Shown here piece after piece: positions 18,240 through 27,973 of a stretch of 64,000 nucleotides of DNA. The notes below the pieces were generated by a model. The model was not told the DNA's origin. It saw only the letters and a program-made list of their open reading frames with translations, and made no database searches. How positions within the stretch are numbered: position 1 is the stretch's first letter; each line of letters opens with the position of its first letter. Source of the stretch: an uncultured Planctomycetota bacterium (GTDB taxonomy: Bacteria > Planctomycetota > PLA2 > JAEUHO01). Made by a program: the position numbers and the translations under genes. The stretch is taken from positions 448,001 to 512,000 of the forward strand of contig CAVVXN010000001.1 in the NCBI GenBank assembly GCA_963752285.1. Direction: 5' to 3'.

Positions 18240-18973
18240 CGGACCGGCCGCTGCTCGTGGTCGGCGCGCTCCGGGAGGAGGTCCGGTCGCTCCTTCGCCT
18301 CCTCGACGGCCCGCGCGCGCTCGGCCGCGGCCTCGTTGCGGGATCGCTCTCGGGCCGCGCCGTCGTCGTCGGCACGACCGGCGACGGGGCGCGCGCCGCG
18401 CGGCAGGGCCTCGAGGCGGCCCTCGACCGCGCGGGCCCGGTCCGCGCGCTCCTGGGCCTCGGATACGCCGGGGGACTCGACCCCGCGCTCCCCGCCGGCG
18501 CGATCGTGGTCGGCGCCCGGGTCCGGGTGGCCCGTTCCGACGGCGCCCCGACGCCCTTCGACGCGTCGTGGGCCCGCGCGACGGCCGACGCGCTCGGCGC
18601 CCGGATCGGCACGCTGGTCACGGCGCCGGGTCTCGTGGCGACGCCCGAGGCGAAGGCGTCGCTCCGCGCGGGCGGGCCGGGCGACGCGCTCGCGGTGGAC
18701 CTGGAGTCCGACGCGTGGGCCCGCGTCGCCGCGTCCTTCGGCGTCCCGGCCCTCGTCCTTCGCGCGGTCTTCGACGACGCGGCCTCCGCCGTCCCCCCCT
18801 GGGTCGTCGCCGCGACGGACGCGGAGGGACACGTCGGAGGCCTGCGCCTGGTGGGGGGGGTGATGCGTGGCCCGGCCCGGCTGGGCTCGCTCCTTCGGCT
18901 GGCCCGCGCGGCGCGGCGGCTCTCGGCGGGCCTCGCCCAGGCGGCGATGGCCGCGGCCGCCCTCGCGCCCTGA
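18236..18973 (+). CDS. hpnG: Nucleoside phosphorylase/nucleosidase, HpnG-like
   Basis: GYAGGLDPAL, AVDLES, LRAVFD; follows hpnH-hpnA. Confidence 0.7.
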   Translation: MTDRPLLVVGALREEVRSLLRLLDGPRALGRGLVAGSLSGRAVVVGTTGDGARAARQGLEAALDRAGPVRALLGLGYAGGLDPALPAGAIVVGARVRVARSDGAPTPFDASWARATADALGARIGTLVTAPGLVATPEAKASLRAGGPGDALAVDLESDAWARVAASFGVPALVLRAVFDDAASAVPPWVVAATDAEGHVGGLRLVGGVMRGPARLGSLLRLARAARRLSAGLAQAAMAAAALAP

Positions 18974-18977
18974 ACGC

Positions 18978-19904
18978 TCAGCCGGCGGAGCCGGGCGTGC
19001 GCGTGGCCTTGAGCGCGTCCATCACCGGTTCGCCCTGGTCGAGCGCGTCGTGCATGGCGCGGTGGATGCCCACGACCTCCGGGCGCGTGAGCTTCGAGCC
19101 GGCGCCGGACGCCTCGACGCGGTCGAGCGTGGCCCGCGCGAGCAGCACGGGCAGGGCGTTGAAGGCCACCAGGCCGCGATCCGTTCGGCTCGCGTCGAGC
19201 GCGCGCACGTACTCGTCGGCGAGGACGAGGTCGTCGCGCGCCAACGCGAACACCTCGGAGCGCGGCACGCTCGCGGGGACGTACCAGCGGCCCTCCCGGG
19301 CGTCGCCCGAGGCGTCCTTCAGGATGTTCACGAGCTGCAGGCCCTCGCCGAAAAAGCGCGCGCGCGTGCCGAGATAGGGAGAGATCCGCGCGACCTCGGC
19401 GCGTCCGAGCGCGTAGAGCTCGGTCAGCATCTCGCCGACGATGCCCGCCACGACGTGGCAGTAGTCGCGGAGCTCCTCGACCGACTGGAGGCGGAGGTCG
19501 CCGCTCTGGCCGGCGTACCGCGCCATCCCCTCCGCCGTCCTCAGCACGTGCGCGCGGATCACGCGCTGGGCCTCGGGCGCGAGGGACGAGAGCGTATCCA
19601 CGACCGCCGGCGTCTCGGCGAGGAGGTCCGTGTAGCCGTCGTGCCGCAGCGGGGGCGTGTCCCGCCAGGCCCGCGCGAGCTCGTGGATCCGCCCGTTGGC
19701 CGAGGGCGACAGCGAACCGGCGAAGTCGAGCAGGGCCGCGGTGCGTTCGTCGGGACTCCAGAGCGTGGCATCCTCGAACGTGTCCGCGATGCGGAACAGG
19801 AGGTACGCGACCGTGACCTCCGTGCGGGTGGGGGCGGGCAGCTCGGGGATCGCCAGCGCGAAGGTCCGGCTCGTCCTCAGCAGCAGCGACGCGAGATCGG
19901 CCAT
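18978..19904 (-). CDS. Squalene synthase, single-enzyme FDFT1-like type (squalene/phytoene synthase family)
   Basis: TSRTFALAI, AYLLFRIADTFED, YCHVVAGIVG, FGEGLQLVNILKD; convergent with the hpn operon. Confidence 0.88.
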   Translation of the reverse strand: MADLASLLLRTSRTFALAIPELPAPTRTEVTVAYLLFRIADTFEDATLWSPDERTAALLDFAGSLSPSANGRIHELARAWRDTPPLRHDGYTDLLAETPAVVDTLSSLAPEAQRVIRAHVLRTAEGMARYAGQSGDLRLQSVEELRDYCHVVAGIVGEMLTELYALGRAEVARISPYLGTRARFFGEGLQLVNILKDASGDAREGRWYVPASVPRSEVFALARDDLVLADEYVRALDASRTDRGLVAFNALPVLLARATLDRVEASGAGSKLTRPEVVGIHRAMHDALDQGEPVMDALKATRTPGSAG

Positions 19905-20106
19905 GCCCCGAAGCGCCGTCCCTTCCCGCCGGACGAGAGGGCGGCGCCCTCTCACCCGAACCTGCCCACGGGCGGCCGGCCTCCTCGCGTGCCGGGCCCG
20001 ACCCGCTCGGACCGGGGGCCTGATGCCCGATCCGAGCCCCTGCCGGGCGCCGAACATAGCAGAACCCCCGGGTCCGATCGCCTCCTCCGGCGGGCCTCCT
20101 CCCGGG

Positions 20107-20155
20107 CCGGGCCCCTCCGTCCCGGGCCCCGGCGTCCCGGGCCCCTACGTCCCGG
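20107..20155. repeat. Tandem repeat, 3 x 15 bp (CCGGGCCCCnnCGTC)
   Basis: Units at 20107, 20122 and 20137 plus a partial unit, in intergenic DNA. Confidence 0.8.
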
Positions 20156-20281
20156 TCGGGCAGCCCCGAGGCGCCGGGGCCGCGCCCCGCCCTCCGGGCG
20201 GCGGGGGACCGCGACGGCCGGCCGCGGACTCGGGGCGCCGGGCCCGGCCGAGGGCGTGCGGAGGCCCTCCCGCCCGCTCCC

Positions 20282-21364
20282 TCAGCGCACGCGTCGGCGG
20301 CGGTTCTTGAGGAAGTCCACGAGCACGAACCCCTCCAGCCGCGCGGACTCGGCGAACCAGGCCCGTCCGCGGCACGCTTCGGTGAACCGCTCGACGAAGC
20401 GACGGAGCTGCGGGTCCGCGGTCAGCATGAACGTCGTCACCTGGATGCCGCGGCGACGACAGCGCACCGCCTCCTCCAGCGTCTTGCCGACGATGCGCGG
20501 GTCGAGCCCGAACGGGTTCTTGTAGATCCCGTCCTCGTCGTGGATCGCCGAGGGCTTTCCGTCCGTCAGCATCACGATCTGCCGGTTCATGCCCTTCCTG
20601 CGGAGCAGCAGGTCCTGCGCGCGAACGAGCCCCGCGCGGGTGTTCGTGTGGAAGGGCCCGTTCGACACGTACGGGAGCCGTTCCAGCGGCACGACCTCGG
20701 CGTCGTCGCCGAAGAGGACGACGTCGATCGTGTCCTTCGGGAACCGCGTCGTGATCAGCTCGGCGAGTGCGAGGGCCACCCGCTTCGCCGGCGTGATCCG
20801 ATCCTCGCCGTACAGCGTCATGGAGTGGCTGACGTCGATCAGGAGCACGGTCGCGCAGGCGGTGTGGACCTCGCGCTCGCGGACCTCGAGGTCGTCCTCG
20901 CTGAGGTCCGCGTCGCCGCCCGTGCGCCGGACCCAGTTCCAGAGCGTGCGACCGGCGTCGATCCGGTCGATCCCGTCCCCGAACGCGAACGGCCTCGTCT
21001 CGTCGGTGGGGTCGCCCTTCCCGCCCGCGGCGGACAACCGGTGCTGCCCGGCCTCGCGGCGCGTGAGCCCCTGGAACACGTCCGCCAGCGCCTGGCGCCG
21101 GAGCGCCCGCTCGCCCCGGCGGGTGAGGCGGAGCGCGCCTTCCCGGTTCGCGGCGATCTCGCCGCGTCGCTCGAGCCAGCGCCGGAACGCGTCGATGCCG
21201 TACTCCTCGTGGAAGAGGCCGTACCGGTTCCCGATCTCCTCCAGGTGCTCGAGCGCGGCCTCGACGTCGCCGTCGAGGACGAGAAGGAGCTGACGGAAGA
21301 GCCGGAGCAGCGTCTGGAAGGTCGCTTCGGGCGTCTCGGCCGCGTGGGCGTACCGCCACCGCAC
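20282..21364 (-). CDS. VWA domain protein, partner of the adjacent AAA ATPase
   Basis: MIDAS LIDVSHSM, HTNT..GL, MLTDGKPS. Confidence 0.9.
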   Translation of the reverse strand: MRWRYAHAAETPEATFQTLLRLFRQLLLVLDGDVEAALEHLEEIGNRYGLFHEEYGIDAFRRWLERRGEIAANREGALRLTRRGERALRRQALADVFQGLTRREAGQHRLSAAGGKGDPTDETRPFAFGDGIDRIDAGRTLWNWVRRTGGDADLSEDDLEVREREVHTACATVLLIDVSHSMTLYGEDRITPAKRVALALAELITTRFPKDTIDVVLFGDDAEVVPLERLPYVSNGPFHTNTRAGLVRAQDLLLRRKGMNRQIVMLTDGKPSAIHDEDGIYKNPFGLDPRIVGKTLEEAVRCRRRGIQVTTFMLTADPQLRRFVERFTEACRGRAWFAESARLEGFVLVDFLKNRRRRVR

Positions 21365-21370
21365 GAGGCC

Positions 21371-22870
21371 TCACTCCTCGAAGCCGGCGAACATCCGCTG
21401 CAGCATGTCGCCGTAGGAGACCGCCCCGTCCAACCGGTCCTTCGCGAGGAGCGAGGCTTGGTGGAGGCCCTCCAGCACGAGCTCGGCGCCGGCCGCGACC
21501 TCCGTCTCGTCCTGGGTGAGGTGGCGGCGCACCAGGTCCGCGAGCGTCGGTACGGCGAGCAGCGCGCCCGCGTCCTCCCCCTCGTCCTCCAGCACGATCG
21601 ACCGCCCGCCCGCGAACCAGTCCACGATGGGCTTGTACGCGTCCTCCGGCTCGCGGTCCTTCGGGCGGCGCGCGGCGCCCTTCGTGTCGTACGGGGGCGG
21701 GAACCGGCGCGCGAACACGGCCGCGACGCCCTGTCCGAGGAGGCGCTGGGCCACGGACGCCGGTCCTTCGCGTTCGCCCTCGAACACGAGCTCGATCTTG
21801 CCGGTGACCGCGCTCTCGGCCGCGAAGAGGTCGCTCACACGGGCGGTGACCTCGTCCCGGCCGAGCCGGAGCGCTCGGCGCTCCGCGTTGCTCACCACGT
21901 TCTCGAGCAAGGCGACCGTGAGGCGGACGCTGACGCCCGACGTCTGGTCCACGAACTCGCTATGGCGCGCCTGGAAGGCCGTCTCCTCGATGGTCTCGCG
22001 CAGGAACTCGGGCACGTGCACGCGCACGCCCTCGCGCGCGGCGTACGCCTCCTGCTCGGTGATGCGCCGCGCGGTCTCCATCGAGGTCGGGTAGTGGGTC
22101 AGGATCTGGCTCGCGATGCGGTCGCGAAGCGGCGTGATGATCGCGCCGCGGTTCGTGTAGTCCTCGGGGTTCGCCGAGAACACGACGAGCACGTCGAGCG
22201 GAAGCCGCACGGGATGTCCGCGGAGCTGCACGTCGCGCTCCTCGAGCACGTTCAGCAGGCCCACCTGGATGCGCGGGGACAGGTCGGGGAGCTCGTTGAC
22301 GGCGAAGATCCCTCGGTTCGTGCGCGGGACCAGGCCGTAGAAGAGGGCGCCCTCGTCGTCGAGGGAGACGCGCTGCGACGCCGCCTTGATCGGGTCGATG
22401 TCGCCGAGCAGGTCGGCGATGGTGACGTCCGGGGTGGCGAGCTTCTCCCGGTAGCGGTCGGCGCGCTCGATCCACCGGATCGGCGCCGCGTCGCCCATCT
22501 CCCGCACGAGCCGCTTCCCGCGTCCGGAGACCGGGGCGTACGGATCGTCGTTCAGGTCGGTGCCCTCGAGCGCCGGCAACGCGTCGTCGAGCAGGCGGAC
22601 GAGCATGCGCAGGAGGCGGGTCTTCGCCTGCCCGCGGAGCCCGAGGAGGATGAAGTCGTGCCGGCTCAAGAGCGCGTTCTCGATCTGCGGGATGACGGTC
22701 TTCTCGTAGCCGAGGATCCCGGGCCAGCGCTCCGCCTCGCTCGAGCCGCTCCGGAGCGCCCGGACGAGGTTTTCGCGCACCTCGTCGCGGACGGAGCGGG
22801 ACCGCCATCCGGAGGCCTTGAGCTCGCCGAGCGTTCGGGGTCGGGGCGTGCTGGGACTCTCGTCGCGCAT
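21371..22870 (-). CDS. Magnesium-chelatase-like AAA+ ATPase (Rv0958-like)
   Basis: GLRGQAKT, EKLATPD, GDIDPIKA, NELPDL, SANPEDYTNRG..ITPLRDR. Confidence 0.9.
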   Translation of the reverse strand: MRDESPSTPRPRTLGELKASGWRSRSVRDEVRENLVRALRSGSSEAERWPGILGYEKTVIPQIENALLSRHDFILLGLRGQAKTRLLRMLVRLLDDALPALEGTDLNDDPYAPVSGRGKRLVREMGDAAPIRWIERADRYREKLATPDVTIADLLGDIDPIKAASQRVSLDDEGALFYGLVPRTNRGIFAVNELPDLSPRIQVGLLNVLEERDVQLRGHPVRLPLDVLVVFSANPEDYTNRGAIITPLRDRIASQILTHYPTSMETARRITEQEAYAAREGVRVHVPEFLRETIEETAFQARHSEFVDQTSGVSVRLTVALLENVVSNAERRALRLGRDEVTARVSDLFAAESAVTGKIELVFEGEREGPASVAQRLLGQGVAAVFARRFPPPYDTKGAARRPKDREPEDAYKPIVDWFAGGRSIVLEDEGEDAGALLAVPTLADLVRRHLTQDETEVAAGAELVLEGLHQASLLAKDRLDGAVSYGDMLQRMFAGFEE

Positions 22871-23016
22871 CCGGGGCGGATTCTAGGCATCGACGGGGGG
22901 GCCAGCGCCCCGAAGGTCCCCGTTCGACGACCGACGGCTCACGGGACGGGTACGATCCCTCGATTGACGTCCCGCGGCGAGGCACGTCTCGTCGCGAGGA
23001 GAGCCGGAGACCGCCC

Positions 23017-23460
23017 ATGCCGTACGACCCCGTGCTCGTGAAGCCGATGCGCGAGGAGCTGACCCGACTCGGTGTCGAGGAGCTGCTCACACCGGCCGAC
23101 GTGGACGCGTTCGTCGCTCGTCCCGGCACGAAGCTCCTCGTCGTGAACTCCGTGTGCGGCTGCGCGGCCGGCCAGGCCCGGCCCGGCGTGGCCCTCGCGC
23201 TCCAGCACGCCGCGCGTCCCGAGCACGTCGGAACGGTGTTCGCCGGCCAGGACGTCGAGGCGACGGCGCGCGCGCGGAGCTGCTTCCCCGACTTCCCGCC
23301 GAGCAGCCCTTCGATCGCGCTGATGCGCGACCAGGAGGTCGTCTTCTTCCTCCCGCGACACGCGATCGAGGGGGCGCCGGCGCAGCAGATCGCCTTCGAG
23401 CTCGTGACGGCGTTCGACGAGCACTGCGCGCCCGCGTCGCGCGGCGGCAGCGGGTCCTAA
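23017..23460 (+). CDS. BrxA/BrxB family bacilliredoxin
   Basis: PMREELT, VNSVCGCAAG, TVFAGQD, PPSSPSIAL. Confidence 0.9.
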   Translation: MPYDPVLVKPMREELTRLGVEELLTPADVDAFVARPGTKLLVVNSVCGCAAGQARPGVALALQHAARPEHVGTVFAGQDVEATARARSCFPDFPPSSPSIALMRDQEVVFFLPRHAIEGAPAQQIAFELVTAFDEHCAPASRGGSGS

Positions 23461-23485
23461 GCCCTCGCGCTCGTCCGCGCCCGCG

Positions 23486-23767
23486 ATGGGGACGTTCCAC
23501 GAGGGAAAGGGAGAGCTGCACGGGATCACCGTGCTCGTGCGCACGCCGGGTACGACCGCGTACCTGGGCCGCTGCGACACCGTGACCGAGGAGGGCGTGG
23601 TCCTGCTCGACGCGGACGTGTACGAGGGGCGCGCGGACGACCTGCCGCAGGACGCGTGGATCCGGAGAGCCGCGCGCGTCGGCGTCTGGAAGAAGTTCGA
23701 CGAGGTCTTCGTTCCCGCGGGCGAGGTCTCGTCGATCGAACGCCTCGCCGACCTCCGCATCGGGTGA
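23486..23767 (+). CDS. Small hypothetical protein
   Basis: Compact ORF with genome-like codon usage directly after brx. Confidence 0.7.
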   Translation: MGTFHEGKGELHGITVLVRTPGTTAYLGRCDTVTEEGVVLLDADVYEGRADDLPQDAWIRRAARVGVWKKFDEVFVPAGEVSSIERLADLRIG

Positions 23768-23815
23768 GGACCGCCCGCGAGGGCGAGGACCGCGGCGCCT
23801 CCGCCGGAGGGGGCG

Positions 23816-25741
23816 TCAGGGCGTTCCGGCGGCGAAGACCAGGCTCTCGGCGATCGAGTCCATCTCGGTGCCCAGGCGTGCGAGCGCCTCCGACGGGCCC
23901 ACGAACCGGACCACCGCGATGGCGTGCGCGGCCTCGCCCAGGTACAGGACGGCCTCCGACGGGTCGTCGGGCGCACCGCGCAGGCGGCCCGCCTCGTACT
24001 TGAAGCCGCGGTTCGCTCCGACGCGAATCGACACCCGCTTCGAGACGTCGAAGGAGGTGAACTGCGTCCCGAGGCCCGCCTCGATCAGGGGGAGCGCGTC
24101 GTCCAGCGGGAGCGGGGAGGCCTGGCGAACCACGACCCCGAGCACGCCGTCCTTCTCGAACTTCAGGGCCTCGCGGCTCGTCGCGGTCGTTTCCTGAGAG
24201 GTCCAACCCTCCGCGAGCGACACGCCGACGCCCTGGGACCGGTTCGCGAGGGACACCTGCGCCAGCGGGTCGGGCCGGTCGCTCGGGTCCCACCTGTCGC
24301 GGGGGTCCTTCTCGAAGCGGGTCTTCTCGAGCACGGACCACACCCGATCGAGCGTGGTCGCGTCGAGGCCGTCCACGAGGAACAGCGCGGCGCCGCGCGT
24401 CGCGAGGCGCCCCGCGCCGTACGCGCCCGTGTAGTCGGTCACGCGGTCGCCCGTGGTCGCTGCGCCGGCCGGCGTCGCGCGAAACGCGTCGCCGTCGCGC
24501 GCGCGGAGCGCGTCGAGGATCGCGTCCGAGGCCTCGCCCGCGTCCTCCACCGTGTCGAACGCGTACGTCTGGATCCACGCGAGGCGGCCGCCGTTCTCGA
24601 GGTACAGCGCGCGCCCCGCGTCCCATCCCTCTCCTGCCGCGAGGGCCCGGTCGCAGCAGTAGCGACCGCGCATGAGCAGGGGGAGGCTCAGGCGCCCGTG
24701 CGTGCCCCCGAGGAAGTAATCCAGGTACAGCGTGAGGTCGAGCTCGCCGTCGCTCGCCTCCTGGATCTTCTTCCATCCCTCGCCGGCGGCGGTAGCGAGA
24801 TCACCGCCCCACACGACCGTCTCGGGGTAGTCCTTGTTCTCGGTGCACCAGCGCTCGGGGTGGAGGTATTCCTCCTCGGAGACCGGCCCGTCGTCCCAGA
24901 GCTTCGCCATGCCGCCGGGGTAGTCGTCTCCGACCACCTGCGCGACGAGGCGCGGACCGACGTCGTAGTGCAGCATCGTCCCCACGATCATGTACGCGGG
25001 GACCTTCCTGAGGATCCGGAGCTGCTCCCGGGCCATCGCGGGGTCGGACTGCCGCTGCATGTAGGCGGCGGCGATGGCGGGATGGGTGTCCTGGTACATC
25101 ACGCGCGCGTGCTCGGCGCTGCCCTCGCCCAGACACTGCTCCGCGAAGAGGCGGTCGGGATCGTCCTTCCACCGCTCGGTGCGGGCATCGAGGTCAACGT
25201 ACTGGTCCTCGAGCGCGTGGATGAGCTCGTGGAGGATCACCGGGCGCTGGCCGTCACCCGTCATGCCCTCGACGATGTAGAGCGCCTTCTCCTTGGGGTT
25301 GTAGTAACCGGCGACCATCCCCTCGAGCATCTCGAGCTGCAGCGCGACGGGATCCTCGTCGGCGGCGAGGAGACCCATGCGCCTCAGGATCCTCGTGTCG
25401 CGCTGGAGGTCCTCGGGCGTCTCCTCCTCCTCCATCATCTGCTCGGCCTTCGCGCGGAACTGGGCGCGCGTGAGGAGGTCGGCCGGCACCGTCCGCTTCC
25501 ACGCGAGGCCACGGATCCGGGACGCCTCGTCGCGAAGCTCGTCCACCATCTTCTTGACCCCGGCGCGTTCGGCCTCGGACGGGCCCTCCGACCCGGCCGT
25601 CTCGGGCACGGGCGAAGTGGACGTCGCGCCCGCCGGCGGCGCCGACGGAGCGTCGGGCGGATCGTCGGCTCGGGCGCCGAGCGGAAGTCCCAGGAGGAGC
25701 GCGAGGGCGAGGAGGAGGGACAGCGTGCGGCGTCGGGGCAT
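23816..25741 (-). CDS. Exported HExxH putative zinc metallopeptidase with an extra C-terminal domain
   Basis: Signal peptide; GYYNP, ILHELIHALEDQ, GEGSA, PVSEEEYLHP. Confidence 0.75.
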   Translation of the reverse strand: MPRRRTLSLLLALALLLGLPLGARADDPPDAPSAPPAGATSTSPVPETAGSEGPSEAERAGVKKMVDELRDEASRIRGLAWKRTVPADLLTRAQFRAKAEQMMEEEETPEDLQRDTRILRRMGLLAADEDPVALQLEMLEGMVAGYYNPKEKALYIVEGMTGDGQRPVILHELIHALEDQYVDLDARTERWKDDPDRLFAEQCLGEGSAEHARVMYQDTHPAIAAAYMQRQSDPAMAREQLRILRKVPAYMIVGTMLHYDVGPRLVAQVVGDDYPGGMAKLWDDGPVSEEEYLHPERWCTENKDYPETVVWGGDLATAAGEGWKKIQEASDGELDLTLYLDYFLGGTHGRLSLPLLMRGRYCCDRALAAGEGWDAGRALYLENGGRLAWIQTYAFDTVEDAGEASDAILDALRARDGDAFRATPAGAATTGDRVTDYTGAYGAGRLATRGAALFLVDGLDATTLDRVWSVLEKTRFEKDPRDRWDPSDRPDPLAQVSLANRSQGVGVSLAEGWTSQETTATSREALKFEKDGVLGVVVRQASPLPLDDALPLIEAGLGTQFTSFDVSKRVSIRVGANRGFKYEAGRLRGAPDDPSEAVLYLGEAAHAIAVVRFVGPSEALARLGTEMDSIAESLVFAAGTP

Positions 25742-25966
25742 TTGCGTCTCCGATGTGGGCACGAGATGGGCCGATCGTACCCGCGCTGCATGCCTTGGCC
25801 AGGGTCCCATGGGGACGAAGTTGCGCGAATGTGTGCAGTTCCTCGGCACCAACCTGCCGAGTGCAAGTTCTGCCGCGCCATCCGTGCCGGCCGGCGACGA
25901 GGCCCGAGGTGCTGGCAAACTCACCCGTGCGACCCCCCCGGTGCGGGGCGCCGGGATGCCGCGACC

Positions 25967-26509
25967 TTGACCCTCACCACGCTCGACACGGTCGCGCTCG
26001 TCCTCGGCCTGGTGTTCGCGGTGCGCGGCGCGTTCAAGGGATTCGCGTGGCAGGCCGTGCGCCTGGTCGGTCTGGTCGCCGCGGCCTGGGCCGCCTTCGC
26101 GCTCCAGCCCCAGGTCGGCGGCTGGATCGCGACGCGCGTGTCTTTCGTCCCCGCGACCGTCGCACCCTGGGTGGCCTCGGTCCTGATCTTCGCGACGGTG
26201 TTTTTCGCCGCGACGCTCCTCGCGTGGACCGCGCGCGGCGCGCTCCGGGAGGTCCATCTGGGCGCCCCCGACCGCGTGCTCGGGTTCGCGTTCGGCGCCT
26301 TGACGGGGCTCGTCTGGCTGACCCTCGGGTTCTTCCTCTGGGGACACTTCTTCGCGAGCGACCAGACGATCGAGGACGCGCTTCGGGGATCGCGCTCGGG
26401 GCCGGCGATGTCCTGGCTCGTGAGCACGGTGGTGCCGCACCTGCCGCCCGAGGTCCGCGATCGATGGCACGCCGTGCTGGAGCAGCTCGACCGTCTGCCG
26501 AAACCGTGA
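25967..26509 (+). CDS. cvpA: CvpA (colicin V production) family membrane protein
   Basis: LD......FAVRGAFKGF, LGAPDRVLGFAFGALTG, about 4 TM segments. Confidence 0.8.
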   Translation: MTLTTLDTVALVLGLVFAVRGAFKGFAWQAVRLVGLVAAAWAAFALQPQVGGWIATRVSFVPATVAPWVASVLIFATVFFAATLLAWTARGALREVHLGAPDRVLGFAFGALTGLVWLTLGFFLWGHFFASDQTIEDALRGSRSGPAMSWLVSTVVPHLPPEVRDRWHAVLEQLDRLPKP

Positions 26510-26564
26510 CCTGGGACGGGCGTGGACCGCGCGTCGCCCGAACGGCGCGCGCCGCCCCCTCGTC

Positions 26565-27257
26565 CTACTCGTCCTCGACCACCTCGAAGCCGTCGGCCTC
26601 GAGGATCCGCCGGGGCGGCGCGTCGGGCTCGGGCTCCGGGCGCGGCGCGAGGTCGTCGGGCAGGGTCCACGCGCGCGGCGCCGCCCCCGCGACCTCCTTC
26701 GGGGCGGGCCGCGTCGCCGCCGGCGGGGGCGCGCGCCCCCGGTCGAGGTCGGTGACGTACTCCCAGCGCGACCACCCGGCGACCTCCGCGCGGCGCACGT
26801 CCGTCCTCTCCTTCGCGTCGTCGCCCGCCGGCTCGTCCTCTCGGGCGAGCAGGTCCACGAGGTCCGCGTCGTAGACCGTCTCGCCGTCCACGCGCAGCGC
26901 GGGCAGGACGCCTCGCGCGTCGAGCCCGGCGAGCCGCACGCGGTCGGCGGCGATCCGCCGTGCGGCCTCCTCCGCGGGGAGGAGCCGGTCGGCCGGGAGA
27001 CGCGTCCGGTCCCGCACGCTCCGTCCCGCGGTCCTCGACGCCGGCGCGAGGCGTTCGTTCCAGTAGAGCCGCAGCGCCTCTCCGTCGGCAGGGGCCCGCC
27101 CCGCCTGGGCGTCCACCCACGCGCGCGGCACCCTCATGCGCCCGTCGGCGGTCGTCCAGGGGATCCGGCGGGTCAGAGCGAGCCGCCGGAGCCGCCCGGG
27201 GCTCTCGAGGAGCAGGCGTCCCGCCCGCGGAAGGTCGTAGAGTTGGTCGGCGTCCAC
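26565..27257 (-). CDS. Protein with two MerR-like/HTH_17 (excisionase-type) DNA-binding repeats
   Basis: LYDLPRAGRLL..SPGRLRRLA..RRIP and LLPAEEAARRI..LDARGVLPALRVDG. Confidence 0.55.
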   Translation of the reverse strand: MDADQLYDLPRAGRLLLESPGRLRRLALTRRIPWTTADGRMRVPRAWVDAQAGRAPADGEALRLYWNERLAPASRTAGRSVRDRTRLPADRLLPAEEAARRIAADRVRLAGLDARGVLPALRVDGETVYDADLVDLLAREDEPAGDDAKERTDVRRAEVAGWSRWEYVTDLDRGRAPPPAATRPAPKEVAGAAPRAWTLPDDLAPRPEPEPDAPPRRILEADGFEVVEDE

Positions 27258-27331
27258 GAGGAGTCCGGTCCGAGGCCCACCCGGCCCCGGAGGAGAGTGT
27301 AAGGGCAGACCCCTCCGGGGCGGGAGCCGAC

Positions 27332-27931
27332 ATGTCGAGAAGGCATCTTCTGATCGTCGCGGCCGCCGTCGTCGCGGGCTGCAACACGACCCGCTCGAGC
27401 GCGTACCCGCCCGGCGGCGACGTCCTCCCGACCGTCTCCGGAGCCTCCGGCGCGACCTTCGCGGACGCCGCGTCCGCCCGGAACGCGTTCACGCGGTCGA
27501 ACGACACGATGACGGCCGCCCTCGAGGACTCGGCCTGGCTCCGTTTCGAGGGGGCCCCGGATACGGTGGCCGCGCGGCACCGCGCGTACTTCGATTACGG
27601 CTACACCACGTTTCGGGTGGACCTCTACAGCAAGACCTTCACCCAGCCGGTCAAGGAGACGTACGTGCTCGAGGACAGCGCGGGCGCCCGCTTTTCCGGC
27701 AGCCCGACCACGTGGACCGGGTCCGGTCGGCTCGAGGGGCAGCGGTACGTCTGCCACTTCGATCTCTCCTTCCCGCACGTACTGACCCGGGACGTGAAGT
27801 GGCTCAGGCTCACGCGTACCGCCGACGGCGGCACGCTCGAGTGGACGTTCGGGTCGCCGCCCGCGCCGGCGGCGACGGCCCCGCCGGTCGCCCCCGCCGG
27901 GCCGGTCGCCCCGGCGCCCGTCGCCCGGTGA
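27332..27931 (+). CDS. Hypothetical lipoprotein
   Basis: Signal ending in VVAGC lipobox; GGAG SD. Confidence 0.7.
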   Translation: MSRRHLLIVAAAVVAGCNTTRSSAYPPGGDVLPTVSGASGATFADAASARNAFTRSNDTMTAALEDSAWLRFEGAPDTVAARHRAYFDYGYTTFRVDLYSKTFTQPVKETYVLEDSAGARFSGSPTTWTGSGRLEGQRYVCHFDLSFPHVLTRDVKWLRLTRTADGGTLEWTFGSPPAPAATAPPVAPAGPVAPAPVAR

Positions 27932-27973
27932 GCGGCGCCCGGTGAACGGCGCCCGTCGTCCGCCGCGCGGGGC

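Noticed and set aside
21371..22870. Chlorophyll or cobalamin chelatase system
   Set aside because: No ChlH/CobN; this is the widespread AAA+/VWA pair of unknown function
25790..25930. sigma54 promoter in the peptidase/cvpA gap
   Set aside because: GGCA..TGC candidates have 8, 9 or 13 nt spacing; the only GG-N10-GC match lacks the TTGC-like -12 element
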